From Monocercomonoides exilis PA203 (taxonomy: Eukaryota > Protista > Preaxostyla): 64,000 nucleotides of DNA. Below, in pieces: positions 50,190 through 61,300 of this stretch (position 1 is the first letter of the stretch; the number at the start of each line of letters is the position of its first letter). Where the stretch lies: positions 1 through 64,000 of the forward strand of contig LSRY02000055.1 in assembly GCA_001643675.2 (NCBI GenBank). The letters run 5' to 3'. The position numbers were made by a program, and so were the translations under genes. The notes under the pieces were generated by a model. The model worked only from the letters and a program-made list of their open reading frames with translations. It ran no database searches and was not told the origin of the DNA.

Positions 50190-52679
50190 CTACTCCTGGG
50201 TGCTCATTTCTTGTTCTTTGCTTCCCTCGTTGTCTCCATCTTTGTTGCTTTTGGCTTTCTTTTTCTTGACAATCACAAAAGCAACCACAATCACAACAAC
50301 TGCAACAACTACAACTACAACAACTATAGGCACAACAATGGATATTATCATCCTTCTTTTCTTTTCTTTTTGCTTTCTGTTTTGCTCAGCGATTCGATCT
50401 TGTCTCACTTTCACGTACTTCTCATACACATCTCCTGGCTCAGATTTCGTGTCTTTTGCTCCCACAATCCACCCAGCTGTTGAATTGTCATAATCATTCG
50501 CAAACTCAAATGCATCTTCTTGTTTGCAGAACTCATCAAAATCTGAGGCAACAATGAATATTGATCTTGCTGTTGAATTCGCTGTGTTTGAGCTGTCGAT
50601 CTTCAGGTTGTTTGCTGAAGGGAGTTTCAGATTCGATATCGTCTTTGGCATTTCAATCATTATTGCTCCTGATTTCCCCTTTGGTGCGGTGCATGACTTG
50701 AATGTGCATTTGCTGTTTCTTCCAATTGCCACTGTTGATTCTTCTGAGAACAAAACGATCTGCAGTCCAGCTGTATCTCCTTCCTCCGAATTTGAATCTT
50801 TGATATTCAATCCTTCAATGTCAATTTTCCGAGCTGTTTCTTCGAAATCCGAAATAAAAATTGCAGGACCGTGTGAAATTTTCACATTGCTGATCACTAC
50901 TCCATTCAAAGATACTTCCCTAATTCTATCAAAATAAAACGGACATGAAGAAAACGAAACTGTATTACTGTTATCTGTGCATGTGACAGTGTTCATAGCG
51001 ACTTTTCCCCCCCAAACGCTCACGAGACTGCCAACAACGAAATCATCTTCATTATCATTTGTTGTCATTTCATATGGTGATTGTGAGCTAACCCTGACAA
51101 ACCTGCAATTGCTGATCGTGAGTGACGAAGACAAATCATTTCCAAAAATTAAAGAATCCCATTTGTTCTCAGACGTGGGAAAATTGAATGCCAAATACTT
51201 GAATTCCACCTCTTTTTCACATGTGAATAAATCATATGATCCTCTTACATCACAATTAACAGTTGCTTCCACATTTCCATTTCCGTCACTGCTAACTCCT
51301 TCGATGATTATCCCACGGCTCTTGCTAAATGTAATTACTTCAGCTTCAAGTGGATCGTCGGATTTTAATATTGCAATTCTAAATGTATCTTCTCTTGCGA
51401 TCATTCCCAACAATTCGTTGGCCTCCTTCAAACTGAAAATTGGTCTTTCTGAGCTTTCACCATTCCCAGTACCTCCAGACTTCACATAAATCTTTGAAGC
51501 ATCTTGCGATGGAGGCAGTAATGGATCTAAATACTTGGATACAAAATCAATTTCTTCGTAGTTATTTTCTACAATTCCAACAACATTCCACATATTTCTG
51601 CTTCGTGTGTAATTAGCTGCAAAACTCTTCTTCATTGCATCTGCTATTTCTTCGAATAATGAATCATCAGCCATCTCCAAATATATTCCAATATTCCTTT
51701 TTGACTCGCCTTCTCCAGCTGTGCATCTGTCAAATATCAGATCCGTTCCGTCTTCGGGCCAGTTAAGTTGACTTGCTGATTCAATTGCAAGCGTTCGTAG
51801 ATATATTCCTCCAGAACCTTTATTATTCTTGCAACTGCAAGATGAAAAAATGGTGACGCCTTCATCTCCAACGGTAAATGTGCTTTCGCCATTTTTGAAG
51901 CAAACATACAATGATCCGTAACGAAATGCTTCGCATTCAATAAAATTGCTTCCATTCAATGTGACATCACATTTATTGTTACATGTGATCTGAATAACAG
52001 ATAACGCACTTGTCTCAACTTTCTTCAAAGTTATATTTGACAATATCACTGTTTGAGTGTCGATGGTACGAAACAGTTCGTTCTCCGATGTTAATGCATT
52101 TGAATCATCCGCGCACTCAACTGAGTCCAATGTTAATGATCCTCCAGATGAGTACACAAGATAAATATCAGTTTGACATCCTTCAACTTCTGGTCGAATA
52201 AATCTGCAGTTGCTTATTGATAGCTTTGCACCCGATCCACTTATCAAATCAAGCGATAAATACTCTTGGCTTTCATTTCTCAAAGTTGTTGGGAAGTGAA
52301 ACGCCAAGTATTTGAATTCCGCATCACAATAGCAATTAAATAGATTTCTTCCAGGATGAAGGTTGCAGTCTATTGCCACTTCAGCATTTCCACTTCCATC
52401 GCCATTCACTCCTTCAATCGTAATTTTTTGTTTATTGCTAAATTCAACAACTTTTGCAATTAACGGATCTGAGTCGTAGACTATTTTCATGTGGCATGCG
52501 CTGTCATTGGTCAGCAGATTATATGCATCCATCAATGATGGCTTTTCCTTCCTAATCTCCAATCCGCTGTTTTCATCTTTCCCGCTTTGCTTTACAAACA
52601 CTGTTGTTATTGATTCAGATGGCTCTTCTTGAGTGTAAGTCGATGCCAAAATTTGGAAAAGAATAAATCCCAAAAACAT
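50190..52679 (-). CDS. Type-I membrane surface protein built from two tandem ~370-aa beta-helix-like modules
   Basis: First ATG at 52679 (MFLGFILFQILAS, signal peptide). Duplicated module VFVKQSG...IEGVNGDGSGN...FKYLAFHFPT / IYVKSGG...IEGVSSDGNGN...FKYLAFNFPT. Poly-Val TM helix followed by KKKK. Confidence 0.88.
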   Translation of the reverse strand: MFLGFILFQILASTYTQEEPSESITTVFVKQSGKDENSGLEIRKEKPSLMDAYNLLTNDSACHMKIVYDSDPLIAKVVEFSNKQKITIEGVNGDGSGNAEVAIDCNLHPGRNLFNCYCDAEFKYLAFHFPTTLRNESQEYLSLDLISGSGAKLSISNCRFIRPEVEGCQTDIYLVYSSGGSLTLDSVECADDSNALTSENELFRTIDTQTVILSNITLKKVETSALSVIQITCNNKCDVTLNGSNFIECEAFRYGSLYVCFKNGESTFTVGDEGVTIFSSCSCKNNKGSGGIYLRTLAIESASQLNWPEDGTDLIFDRCTAGEGESKRNIGIYLEMADDSLFEEIADAMKKSFAANYTRSRNMWNVVGIVENNYEEIDFVSKYLDPLLPPSQDASKIYVKSGGTGNGESSERPIFSLKEANELLGMIAREDTFRIAILKSDDPLEAEVITFSKSRGIIIEGVSSDGNGNVEATVNCDVRGSYDLFTCEKEVEFKYLAFNFPTSENKWDSLIFGNDLSSSLTISNCRFVRVSSQSPYEMTTNDNEDDFVVGSLVSVWGGKVAMNTVTCTDNSNTVSFSSCPFYFDRIREVSLNGVVISNVKISHGPAIFISDFEETARKIDIEGLNIKDSNSEEGDTAGLQIVLFSEESTVAIGRNSKCTFKSCTAPKGKSGAIMIEMPKTISNLKLPSANNLKIDSSNTANSTARSIFIVASDFDEFCKQEDAFEFANDYDNSTAGWIVGAKDTKSEPGDVYEKYVKVRQDRIAEQNRKQKEKKRRMIISIVVPIVVVVVVVAVVVIVVAFVIVKKKKAKSNKDGDNEGSKEQEMSTQE

Positions 52680-53275
52680 TCTTAAAAGCACTTTTCAATA
52701 ATACACTATATTGATCAATGTTTATATAACTTTGAAATTGATCAGAGAAATAGTTTTAGAATCTCTTTTCAAAGAATAATACTATTTAAGCAACGAATAA
52801 ATAAGAAATAATATGACATAATTATTCAAAGCAAACTTATTTTATACAACAAATGTCAAATCAATGAAAAAACAAATATATGAAATATTATTTGTTTGTT
52901 AATAACGTTTTTTTCTTAAACAAAAAATGTGTTGAAGTCAATGTTCCAAAAATAAATAAATCTATTGTTTTTTCATTGAGTCAGGGCATGACCTTCGATC
53001 ATGGAATCTTGCTTATTAACCCCAAAACTTATTCAAAAATAATCAAACTTGGTACAAAATTTTTTTTAAAAAAAGAAAGTGTTTCATCAATTCCTTCTCT
53101 TGTTTGAGAGACGCCACAATCTATGGGTCAGTCGCTCATTTGTGTGTTTTGGTGAATTGGATAAAAACCACTTTGCGCTTATAAAACCAAAAGGCGCAAA
53201 GAGAAGGAACTGCAAAAAACACGAACAGTTTTGAAAACAGAACTTCAAAGTGTGGGAGTGAAAACGGTGGTGGGC

Positions 53276-53376
53276 AAAGAGAAGGAATTGATTCTCCACT
53301 TTCTTTTTTAATTAAAGTGCATAGGCACCTTAATTATCAAGAAAGTGTTTCATCAATTCCTTCTCTTTTTGAGAGA
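53276..53376 (+). repeat. DIRS internal complementary region (ICR)
   Basis: The left half, AAAGAGAAGGAATTGATTCTCCACTTTCTTTTTT, pairs with the 3' terminus (~53068-53100). The right half, TAATTAAAGTGCATAGGCACCTTAATTATCAAGAAAGTG..., pairs with the 5' terminus (57592-57659). Confidence 0.9.
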
Positions 53377-53381
53377 ATCAA

Positions 53382-54680
53382 TTAGTTGGATGATGAAGCC
53401 ATTATTACAACCACAGTGTGCGTCTTCTTTGTGTTGTTGCTCTCTTCCTCCTTTTTTGCTTGTGATCTTGTTCGAATAATGAATTGTTCTCCGAGTGACT
53501 TCTGTTCCTCCATCTCCTCATCAGGCTCATCCACTCTGGAAGGGAATTCAACAGTATCTTTAGCTTCTTCCTCACTCAAACATGGATTCATCAGGCGCTT
53601 CTTGTCCCTCAGTTCCATCCCAGATTCCATTGCTCGTCTATCATTTTTGTTCCTCTGGTCTCTTTCTGGACTGGCGTACGCATTGCCACCATCTTCGGCA
53701 CACGGATTGTTTGCTAACTCTTCACTGGGAACATTCATAGTTGAGGCAATCACTTTCCCCAAGGTTGAAGCAAGATTGGCCTTCACATAATGCTTCACTA
53801 AAGTGTCTGTTCTAGGGGAAAGACGGGCGAACTTCGCAATCTGAGTTGGTGGAATTCCAGACATCGTTAGCGTTGAAAGTGTTGCAGCCTTTATTGAATA
53901 AGGAGTAAAATGGCTTGGAATTCCTGCTTCCTTCAACGTCTCCTTTGCCAATCGTCTAATACCTTCCACTGTAAGAGGATGAAAAGTTTCGGTATTTAAA
54001 AACAATTTATTTCCATCTGGTTTTCTTTTCTTTATCTCTTCCCACAAAACTTGAATGGCCGAAGCTGGGCAAATTGAAGGGTTTTCATTTAAAAAAGGAA
54101 CTGCAATCTCTGTTCGATTAAGCGATGTTTTTAGCCTTGTGTCTCGATATATTCCTTCATGCTCGAATCTTGATCTTTCCATATCTACTCTTTCCAACTC
54201 TGAAAACCTGCACGCAGTGAATAGCATGGTGAGCACAATGGATTTCATTGTCAGATGTTTGAAACTCAAGCTTTGATTTTCTCCAAGATAAGAAAAGAAT
54301 GTCAGAATGGTCTTCGGATTCCAAATTTCTTGGACCTTCTTTTTTCTTGTCCTCTCTGTTCTTCTAAACCCTCTAAACAATATTTTTATTATCGGAATAT
54401 CCCCTAAATTTGTGTTGTAAACCAAGCTTGTGAAAAATGAAACTGCTGAGCGGACGAGCTGCAAACATGACAGCTTCATTCCATTGTCTCTAAGTGTAAT
54501 AAATATACTGGAACATCGAGCTGCCCACTCGTGAATATCCTCTTGAATTATGCCCATATCACTCTTTTCCCACTGTTCTCCAAAGTGTGCGAAGCCGAAT
54601 AAATATCCATCCCACGTCGACTGAGTAATTCCCGATATGCACTCCTCTGCCAATGAAAATGGGAAAGATCTTTCTTCCAA
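53382..54680 (-). CDS. DIRS tyrosine recombinase (5' part appears frameshifted)
   Basis: FTACRFSEL (catalytic R), FTPYSIKAA (HxxR position) and LVKHY (catalytic Y). The ORF has no ATG start and appears to continue upstream in another frame. Confidence 0.85.
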   Translation of the reverse strand: MEERSFPFSLAEECISGITQSTWDGYLFGFAHFGEQWEKSDMGIIQEDIHEWAARCSSIFITLRDNGMKLSCLQLVRSAVSFFTSLVYNTNLGDIPIIKILFRGFRRTERTRKKKVQEIWNPKTILTFFSYLGENQSLSFKHLTMKSIVLTMLFTACRFSELERVDMERSRFEHEGIYRDTRLKTSLNRTEIAVPFLNENPSICPASAIQVLWEEIKKRKPDGNKLFLNTETFHPLTVEGIRRLAKETLKEAGIPSHFTPYSIKAATLSTLTMSGIPPTQIAKFARLSPRTDTLVKHYVKANLASTLGKVIASTMNVPSEELANNPCAEDGGNAYASPERDQRNKNDRRAMESGMELRDKKRLMNPCLSEEEAKDTVEFPSRVDEPDEEMEEQKSLGEQFIIRTRSQAKKEEESNNTKKTHTVVVIMASSSN

Positions 54681-54735
54681 AGCCCTTCTCCACCAGCTCT
54701 CGCCTTTAACTCTGTGGATTGATCAATATGACTCT

Positions 54736-56781
54736 TTACTTGCCTGGAGGAAGACATGCACCTGTGCTTGCCATTGATGGACCCTTACTCAGTACTGTTC
54801 TCAGACTCCTCCATTCGAATGTCCGATGAGGCGTCTTCTCCAATAGCACATCCCAGTTCTGCACCTTCCAGTTCGGCAGGAGTAATACTACTGGTACTCT
54901 CTCCTTCTGTGCCTTCCGAATCGTCATTGGTATCAGGGGAACTGGGGGGTGTGCCAGAAAGCACTCGTTCTTCCATGGATATGCTAGACCGTCTTCTCCC
55001 AATGGGCTTCCAATTCCGCACCAACGATCGACCTTGTGGTTGTGTTGAGCTGCAAAGGCGTCCAGCGTTGGAGTAACTTGAAGAACAGACAAGATTTCTT
55101 TGAGATCGCTGTCTGCAATGCTGAAGTCTCCTGCTCTTTCCAGGCGGGACAAAGCATCGGCTCTTGTGTTTCGCAATCCGGGGAGATGTACTGCTCTCAG
55201 GACTATTTTCAGTTTCTCCTTCAATGTCCATATCCTTTTGAGTGTTTGACAGAGATTCCTTCCTGCATTCCATCTGTTCACGTTGAAAACAACTGCTGAG
55301 TTGTCTGAACGAAGTTGCAACTGTGAAATCCGATTCTCTGCTAGGATTTGTGCAAAATGTGTTAGGGCAAGTTCCACAGCTTTAAGTTCTCTGAAGTTGG
55401 ATGATTGGTTTTTCACCGCGAATGGAAAACGAATGTGACAATCGAGTGATATTCTGTTTAGTCTGAGGGTTGCTCCCCAGGAGCTTTCTGATGCATCTGT
55501 GGTTAGCACTGCTTCTGGAATAAACACTGGAGTTAGTCTGCGTCTGGGGTTCTTCATCAACATCCCTCTCAATTTTCTTATCTGCAGGAGGATTGACGCA
55601 TTCAGCTTCATCATTCCATCCCATCCGCCTGTCGTTACTCCTTTCTGCAACAATTTGGAGATGGATTGGAGGTGTAAAGATGCGTCTGAAAGAACGAAGC
55701 GCGTTGCACTGAGCTTTCCCACGAATGATGCGAAATCCTTCACTTTGACGGTCTTGGCTCTTATGCACCTTCTCTCCCACTTGTGACACAGCTCTCGCAC
55801 TGCCTTTCTTCTTTCCTTTGTTAGACACACATCGAAGCTGGTTGTATTCCATTCGAATCCAAGGAAGCTGAACTGCGAACTCGGTATGAGGTTGCATTTC
55901 TTTTTGTTTATCAGAAGGCCAAGGCTTTCTAGAAACGAGATGATTTCCTGAATTATTTTCTTCAAGACTTCTTGATCTTGATGCAGAAAAAGAAGATCGT
56001 CCAAATAGGCAACGACTCTGACATCCAATCTTCTTCTTATCTCCGCTGTCACCTTCCTCATTATATGTGTGAACAGGCGCGGTGCATCTACAAAGCCGAA
56101 AGGCATGCCTTTGAAGGAGTAGTCTTTTCCCATGAATCTGAAAGCAAGATAGGGAATTAGTTCTCTTGAAACTGGAATTAAATAATAAGCTTGTTCTAAG
56201 TCTAGGGATACTGCGTAATCTTTCCGTCTTATTAGTCGTTCTACTGTTTTTTCTCCGTCGCACTTGAAATGTGTTCTCTTCACTTCTGCGTTTAGTTTCC
56301 GACAATCGAGAATCTGTCTCCAGCTGCCTGACTTCTTTTGAATGAGAAATACATTGTTTCTGTGTTTGACCTCCCTCTGCTCCATTGGGATAACAACTTC
56401 TGCTCGTAACTGTTCTTCTAATATTTTCTTGAATTCCTCGATCTTTTATTGGTTGAGAAGACACGCTCCATCTCTGAACTGGGCTCTGCTGAGAGCTTTC
56501 CTGGACTGCTTGCTTTTCCACATAGCCTGCACTCCATTGCTTATCAATTTCTCTCCTCCGATTCGCTTCCATGCTGAGAGAAACAAAGCGGTTCTCCCTC
56601 CAATGTGCCTCCTCTGCTCTGTTTCCTTGTGAACTGGACCTAAAATTGTTGACGCACCCCTGGTCTCCTGCTCCAACTGCTCTGGTTCCTCCTTCTTCCG
56701 AATTGCTGTCTTCTTGTGGGGGCTGAGGACCGGGGGTATCTCCGAAAAAACCGTGTATTTGTGTGAGAAATGGGATAACAA
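54736..56781 (-). CDS. DIRS pol: reverse transcriptase, RNase H and methyltransferase-like domain; one in-frame TAA at 56446-56448
   Basis: RT motifs WRQILDCRKLN, SLDLEQAY, GMPFG, AYLDD and FLGFEW. RNase H motifs TTDAS, RELKAV, SDNS and NTRADALSR. MT-like motif LDAFAA...DGLAYPW...AHPP. Upstream ORF 56446-56781 (IGGR..F..AW) is in the same frame. Confidence 0.93.
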
Positions 56782-57554
56782 AATCTTCTTTGAAGTGTTC
56801 CTGGTTGTTCTCTAACAGGAGCTAGAACACGTGTAATAGGAAGTGCTGGTCTCTGGAAGCCTCTCTCTAGCTTGGCTTCCTGCCTTGTTTCTTTGAGAAT
56901 CAGTTCCTGTCTCTCTGTGAGAATTCCTGTAGAAGCGTCAGTGCTCATCGCTGTGGCAGCCCTGAAACCAAACCTGCCTTGAATTCGAACCGTTCGTGCC
57001 TCTTGAAGAGCCCTGGTAATCATTATCAAGATGTCAGCAAGCCTTTGTTTTGCACCTTCACTTGAAGTCGGAATCTCGGCTAAACCTATGTGCGCAGCTT
57101 TTATCGCCTGGAAAAGAAAAATCTCCACCTTGAACCCCGCCTGATCTAATGCGTCGTTAATCCAGTTTTCTGTTCTCTTGGCAGTGGGCGGTTCAAGCGA
57201 TAACAACGGGCTAAAATCCTGTGTCTTGTACTCCTCAACAACATCTTGAACGGATCTTTGGGAAATCCTTAGATCAAAAATTGAAATATTCGGCATTTGT
57301 CCGAAAATGTCCTCAAACTCCTGACAAATAAGTTGCGATATGTCTAAGAAATCATCATTCTCCTTTCTGTCAGCTGAAGGGGTCAACTCCTGTGCTAAAC
57401 CTTCCGATGAAGAAGGTGAAAAAACTGAAGAGGAAGAAAAGATGTTAGGTTGTGACAAGGTCCCTGGTTGGCTTTGCGCCCCACTGTGCTGCATTGCAGA
57501 ATCAGCCGACGGCGTAAGTCCAACAATCGGAGGGAATTGCGAAGCAGACATCAT
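56640..57554 (-). CDS. DIRS ORF1 (gag-like)
   Basis: A 304-aa ORF starting right after the 5' ITR and overlapping the start of pol, with an Arg-rich C-terminus. The assignment is positional. Confidence 0.75.
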   Translation of the reverse strand: MMSASQFPPIVGLTPSADSAMQHSGAQSQPGTLSQPNIFSSSSVFSPSSSEGLAQELTPSADRKENDDFLDISQLICQEFEDIFGQMPNISIFDLRISQRSVQDVVEEYKTQDFSPLLSLEPPTAKRTENWINDALDQAGFKVEIFLFQAIKAAHIGLAEIPTSSEGAKQRLADILIMITRALQEARTVRIQGRFGFRAATAMSTDASTGILTERQELILKETRQEAKLERGFQRPALPITRVLAPVREQPGTLQRRFCYPISHTNTRFFRRYPRSSAPTRRQQFGRRRNQSSWSRRPGVRQQF

Positions 57555-58399
57555 TGATCAAATGTGGTGACTGACCCATAGATTGTGGCGTCTCTCAAAC
57601 AAGAGAAGGAATTGATGAAACACTTTCTTGATAATTAACGTGCTTATGCACTTTAATTATGAAAAAACCATGTTTTGTTCCTAACTTATTCTGCATTAAT
57701 AGCACAATGAATCCAACATTAAAAGACGATAAATGAAATTGAAAAGATTTCTGGAATAATTTTTTATTTAATTTTTGTGAATATGGGAGATTTTTTTTGA
57801 TATCATAAAAAATAACGAAGTTTGATCATAATAATTTTTCATTAAGGGTGGGGTTTATTAGAAAATTTATACAAATATTTACATTAAAATATTGTTTTTA
57901 TATATTATCATTATTAATTATTAGTTGTTTTTAATTTGTTTCCAATTTATTTTATTACAAATATCTTTAAATAAAAATAATTTTGAAAAAAAAACTCGAA
58001 AATTCAATAAACGTTAAAAAACATAAGTTATCTTGTTTATAAAACATAAAAACAATAATAACAATACGTAATCAATCAATTTTTTAAATAAAAATTAGTT
58101 TATTATGTTATTGCAAAGAAATTTTTAAAATTAATTTTGAAGATCTTAAAACATTTGTTGAATTTATCAATTCACATTAACACTCACTCAAAAATTTAAT
58201 AGTAACATAAGACACTCATCAAGCTATCAACTGTTTGTTGATAAGTTTGTTTGAAAACAAATAATCTAGGAATTATTTAATTATTATCTAAATATCAAAC
58301 AAAGTTTAAGATAAATAAAGAAAATATTAAAAAATGAAAAGAAATTCGTCAATTTTTGCTTTTTCCACTAAAAAAGCTTCTATCGCACGAACATCTTCA

Positions 58400-61300
58400 T
58401 TTTATCTTCCTCTCTTCGTTTCTCCTCTGATTCTCTCTATCTCCTTCTCATCAATTATATGTCATCCAGTTATCTGCCTCCTTTGATGCTCTGTTTTTGT
58501 CTGCCTGTTCGTTTTGAGAACAGATTGGTTAAAAACCAGTTTCACATGAAAGGATAAGAACGACAAAATGGTGCATGAATATAAAGCGCTAAACCATTGT
58601 TCCAGTATCTTTGTCGCGCCCCTTTCTCCGTATCGCTTCTGCATCCCATTCCGTGAAACTAGCATACCTCTGATCGCTTTCCCTTTGCTCGCTGGCTCTG
58701 CTCTCGTTGTCATTAGCCCATCCGCCCTGGCTGGCAAGGCTGCCTTGAGGTGGCTTCCATAGACATCAGAAAAGTCTTCGCTTTGGACTCTGCCTGCGTC
58801 ACCTTTCACCGTGCTCACCAGATATTCGTTAACCAGCACACTGGCTTCTCTTTCCATCAGTGCGGCTCCCCGCTTTCCTCCGCGCTTCTCTCTCCACAGT
58901 CGTCCACCACATCTCCCCTTCCATCGGCAACATCCTCTGGATCTGATGCTCCTCCTTCTTTGAAGCCCTAACCTCCCTTGCAGACATCCGATCCGAGTTC
59001 GTACAGTAGAGTCTTATTCTTGTTTTTTTAAACATTATCAGTTGGCTACAGATGCATTTCTCAATGGCGATACCATCCTTAAAGTTATTCCTCCCCTATT
59101 CCCCACTTCGCATCCCTCCTCTTTTCTCTTTCTTTTCATCCATTCCTTCTTCCTTCTTTCCTTTTCTCTCATCCTCCTTGCCCAGATCTCATCCTCTCTG
59201 ATTTCCAGTGCTTTCATTCCTTTCTCAGTTAACCTCAGCTACTGAGGTTATTTCTGTTTACGATACAAAATCCCCACTTCTTCATAGCACACAAGCTTCT
59301 CTATGTCCCATCCATCAACAGGCAGCAGCAACACACTGTCTTCCATAGTGCTTCTCCGTACGAAAGTCTCAACACAGCAGACCCAGTGGTGGAGAAGAGA
59401 AGGAAGTGTGAAATGGAGCGAGCACTGTTTTTCTTGAAGAACAGAAGAAGAAGAGGAAGATGAAGAAAACGAAGAAGAAGAAGAATATATAACTGAGTCT
59501 GAATGTGGAGACGATGTCGAAATAGTCAGTTGTATTTATACTGAAGAAGATGGAAATTCTTTTCTATCTGGTTTCGAAGAGGCTTTTGATGAGAAGTGAT
59601 GATACCATTTGGCTGATTTTCTGCATCATCTTCGTTTTCCTCGTGTGCGGTTTCAGGAGAACTGTGAGTTGTTGCATTTTTGGCTTCATTTTCTCTTTTT
59701 TTCTTTTCTTTAACATTTCCTTTCTCAGATTTCTTTTTTAAAGATATTGAATAAGAGAGCAAACTTGACGAAGATGGAGAGGAAGAGGAAGAAGCAGCGG
59801 AAGAAGTTGACATCAAAGAAGAAGGTGATTGAGACGAGTTCCGGTTCTAACTTGCTTCCGGCTTCCTCTTTTGTTTGTTGAATTCAGCTGCATTTTGCGA
59901 GAGAGATGAGAGTAGATATGTAATAGAGATCGGTTTGAGGGTGTGGCTGCATGCTTCTTGTGTATCCTTGCACGTGGTTAGCTGCAATAAAGAAATTGTT
60001 TGATGACAGATGTATTTTGAGAGGCTGAAGAAGAAGATGAAATAGAAGAAGTTGAAGAAGAAGGTGATGATGATGATGCAGTTGGTACAGCTGTTGAATG
60101 AAGAGATATGGCCGACACTGATGATCTGTGTTTTGAATGAGATGACTTTGAGGAATGAGTTTGTAAAAAATGCAATGAAGAGAAGGAAGAAGCAAACGTA
60201 TTCGGAGATGGTAAAGAAGGATGCGGAACATCAGCTTCACTACAATTAACAGAAGAAATTAAAGAAGAAATCGAAGCAGAAGAAGAAGTAGAAGCTTCTT
60301 TCATGCTTTTTTTGCTGTGTTTGACGATTATCTTGTGAAATACAAAGGAAACGAACAAATTGTGAGTTTTTCTGATAAGGATCAGAAGAAGAAAATGAAT
60401 AAGTATTTGAATCAAACATCTAAAACACATTCGTATTTTCCCTTCGCTTTTGCTCAGAATGTTTTTGTTTTTTTTGGAATATAATTTTCTTCTTGTTCTT
60501 CTTTTTCTTCTTCTTTTGTTGTTCTTTTGAAGAAGACAAGTTTTTTGAATTGTCATCATCTCCTTCTTCCACAGTTAAAAATGGACTTTTACAGGGAAAC
60601 ACATCTGCACAGATGCCAAAATAAACTGCCTGTCGATCAAAAGATAGATCATCCCGAATCAACGGCATCTTCATTTCACAACAAAAAAATGTGATTCTGC
60701 ATTCTCCCTCATCTTTTTTTTCTCTATCACTTCCCGCTCTTGAAGTTTGATTCGTGACTTTCAATATTCATCTTTTTCAGATACGAAACAAACGCCTCTT
60801 TCTTCTTCTCAACCTGCTCCAGCGCCTTCTTCTGCTAGTCTTCGAGCTTTTCCCGATCTTTCTCCGAGTTTTCCTTCTCTTCCTCCAGCAGCTCCTTTGT
60901 ATCCTTCTCTGCCTCATTCTTCTGCATCTTCTCCATCTTCTGCTGAATCGCTTTCTTTAATTCAACTCGTTCGATACGGCTCGGAATAGCCAACAATTTT
61001 GGATCAGGAAAGCACAATGACGAAGAATAAACGGGATGCTAAATTTGATTGGTGAAAGTCGGGGTGCTGGTGGGAAAAGGAGATAAAGAGCACATTGAAA
61101 GAGGAGGCGAAAGTGATGATGGTGAAGAAGGCAAAGCATTGACAATCTGATTGTTATCAGATGAAATTGGTGTGGATGGTAAGAAGAAGATAAGATGATG
61201 ATAAGGAAGAGGAGGAAGGAGAAGAAGAGAAGGATGCTGATCAAGTTGATTGGAGCGTTGACTGAAGAGTCTGATTTGGTCCATTTAACGTTGTGTTAAT

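Larger units (their letters stand above)
53065..57659 (-). mobile_element. DIRS1-type tyrosine-recombinase retrotransposon, full length
   Basis: ORFs for gag-like, RT-RNaseH-MT and YR proteins. Inverted terminal repeats at 53075-53142 and 57560-57630. An internal complementary region at 53276-53376 matches both termini. Confidence 0.93.

Noticed and set aside
56446-56448. Alternative genetic code (TAA=Gln) explaining the stop in pol
   Set aside because: Long intact ORFs translate with the standard code and end at TAA/TAG. Reassignment would produce many in-frame TAR codons in such AT-rich genes.
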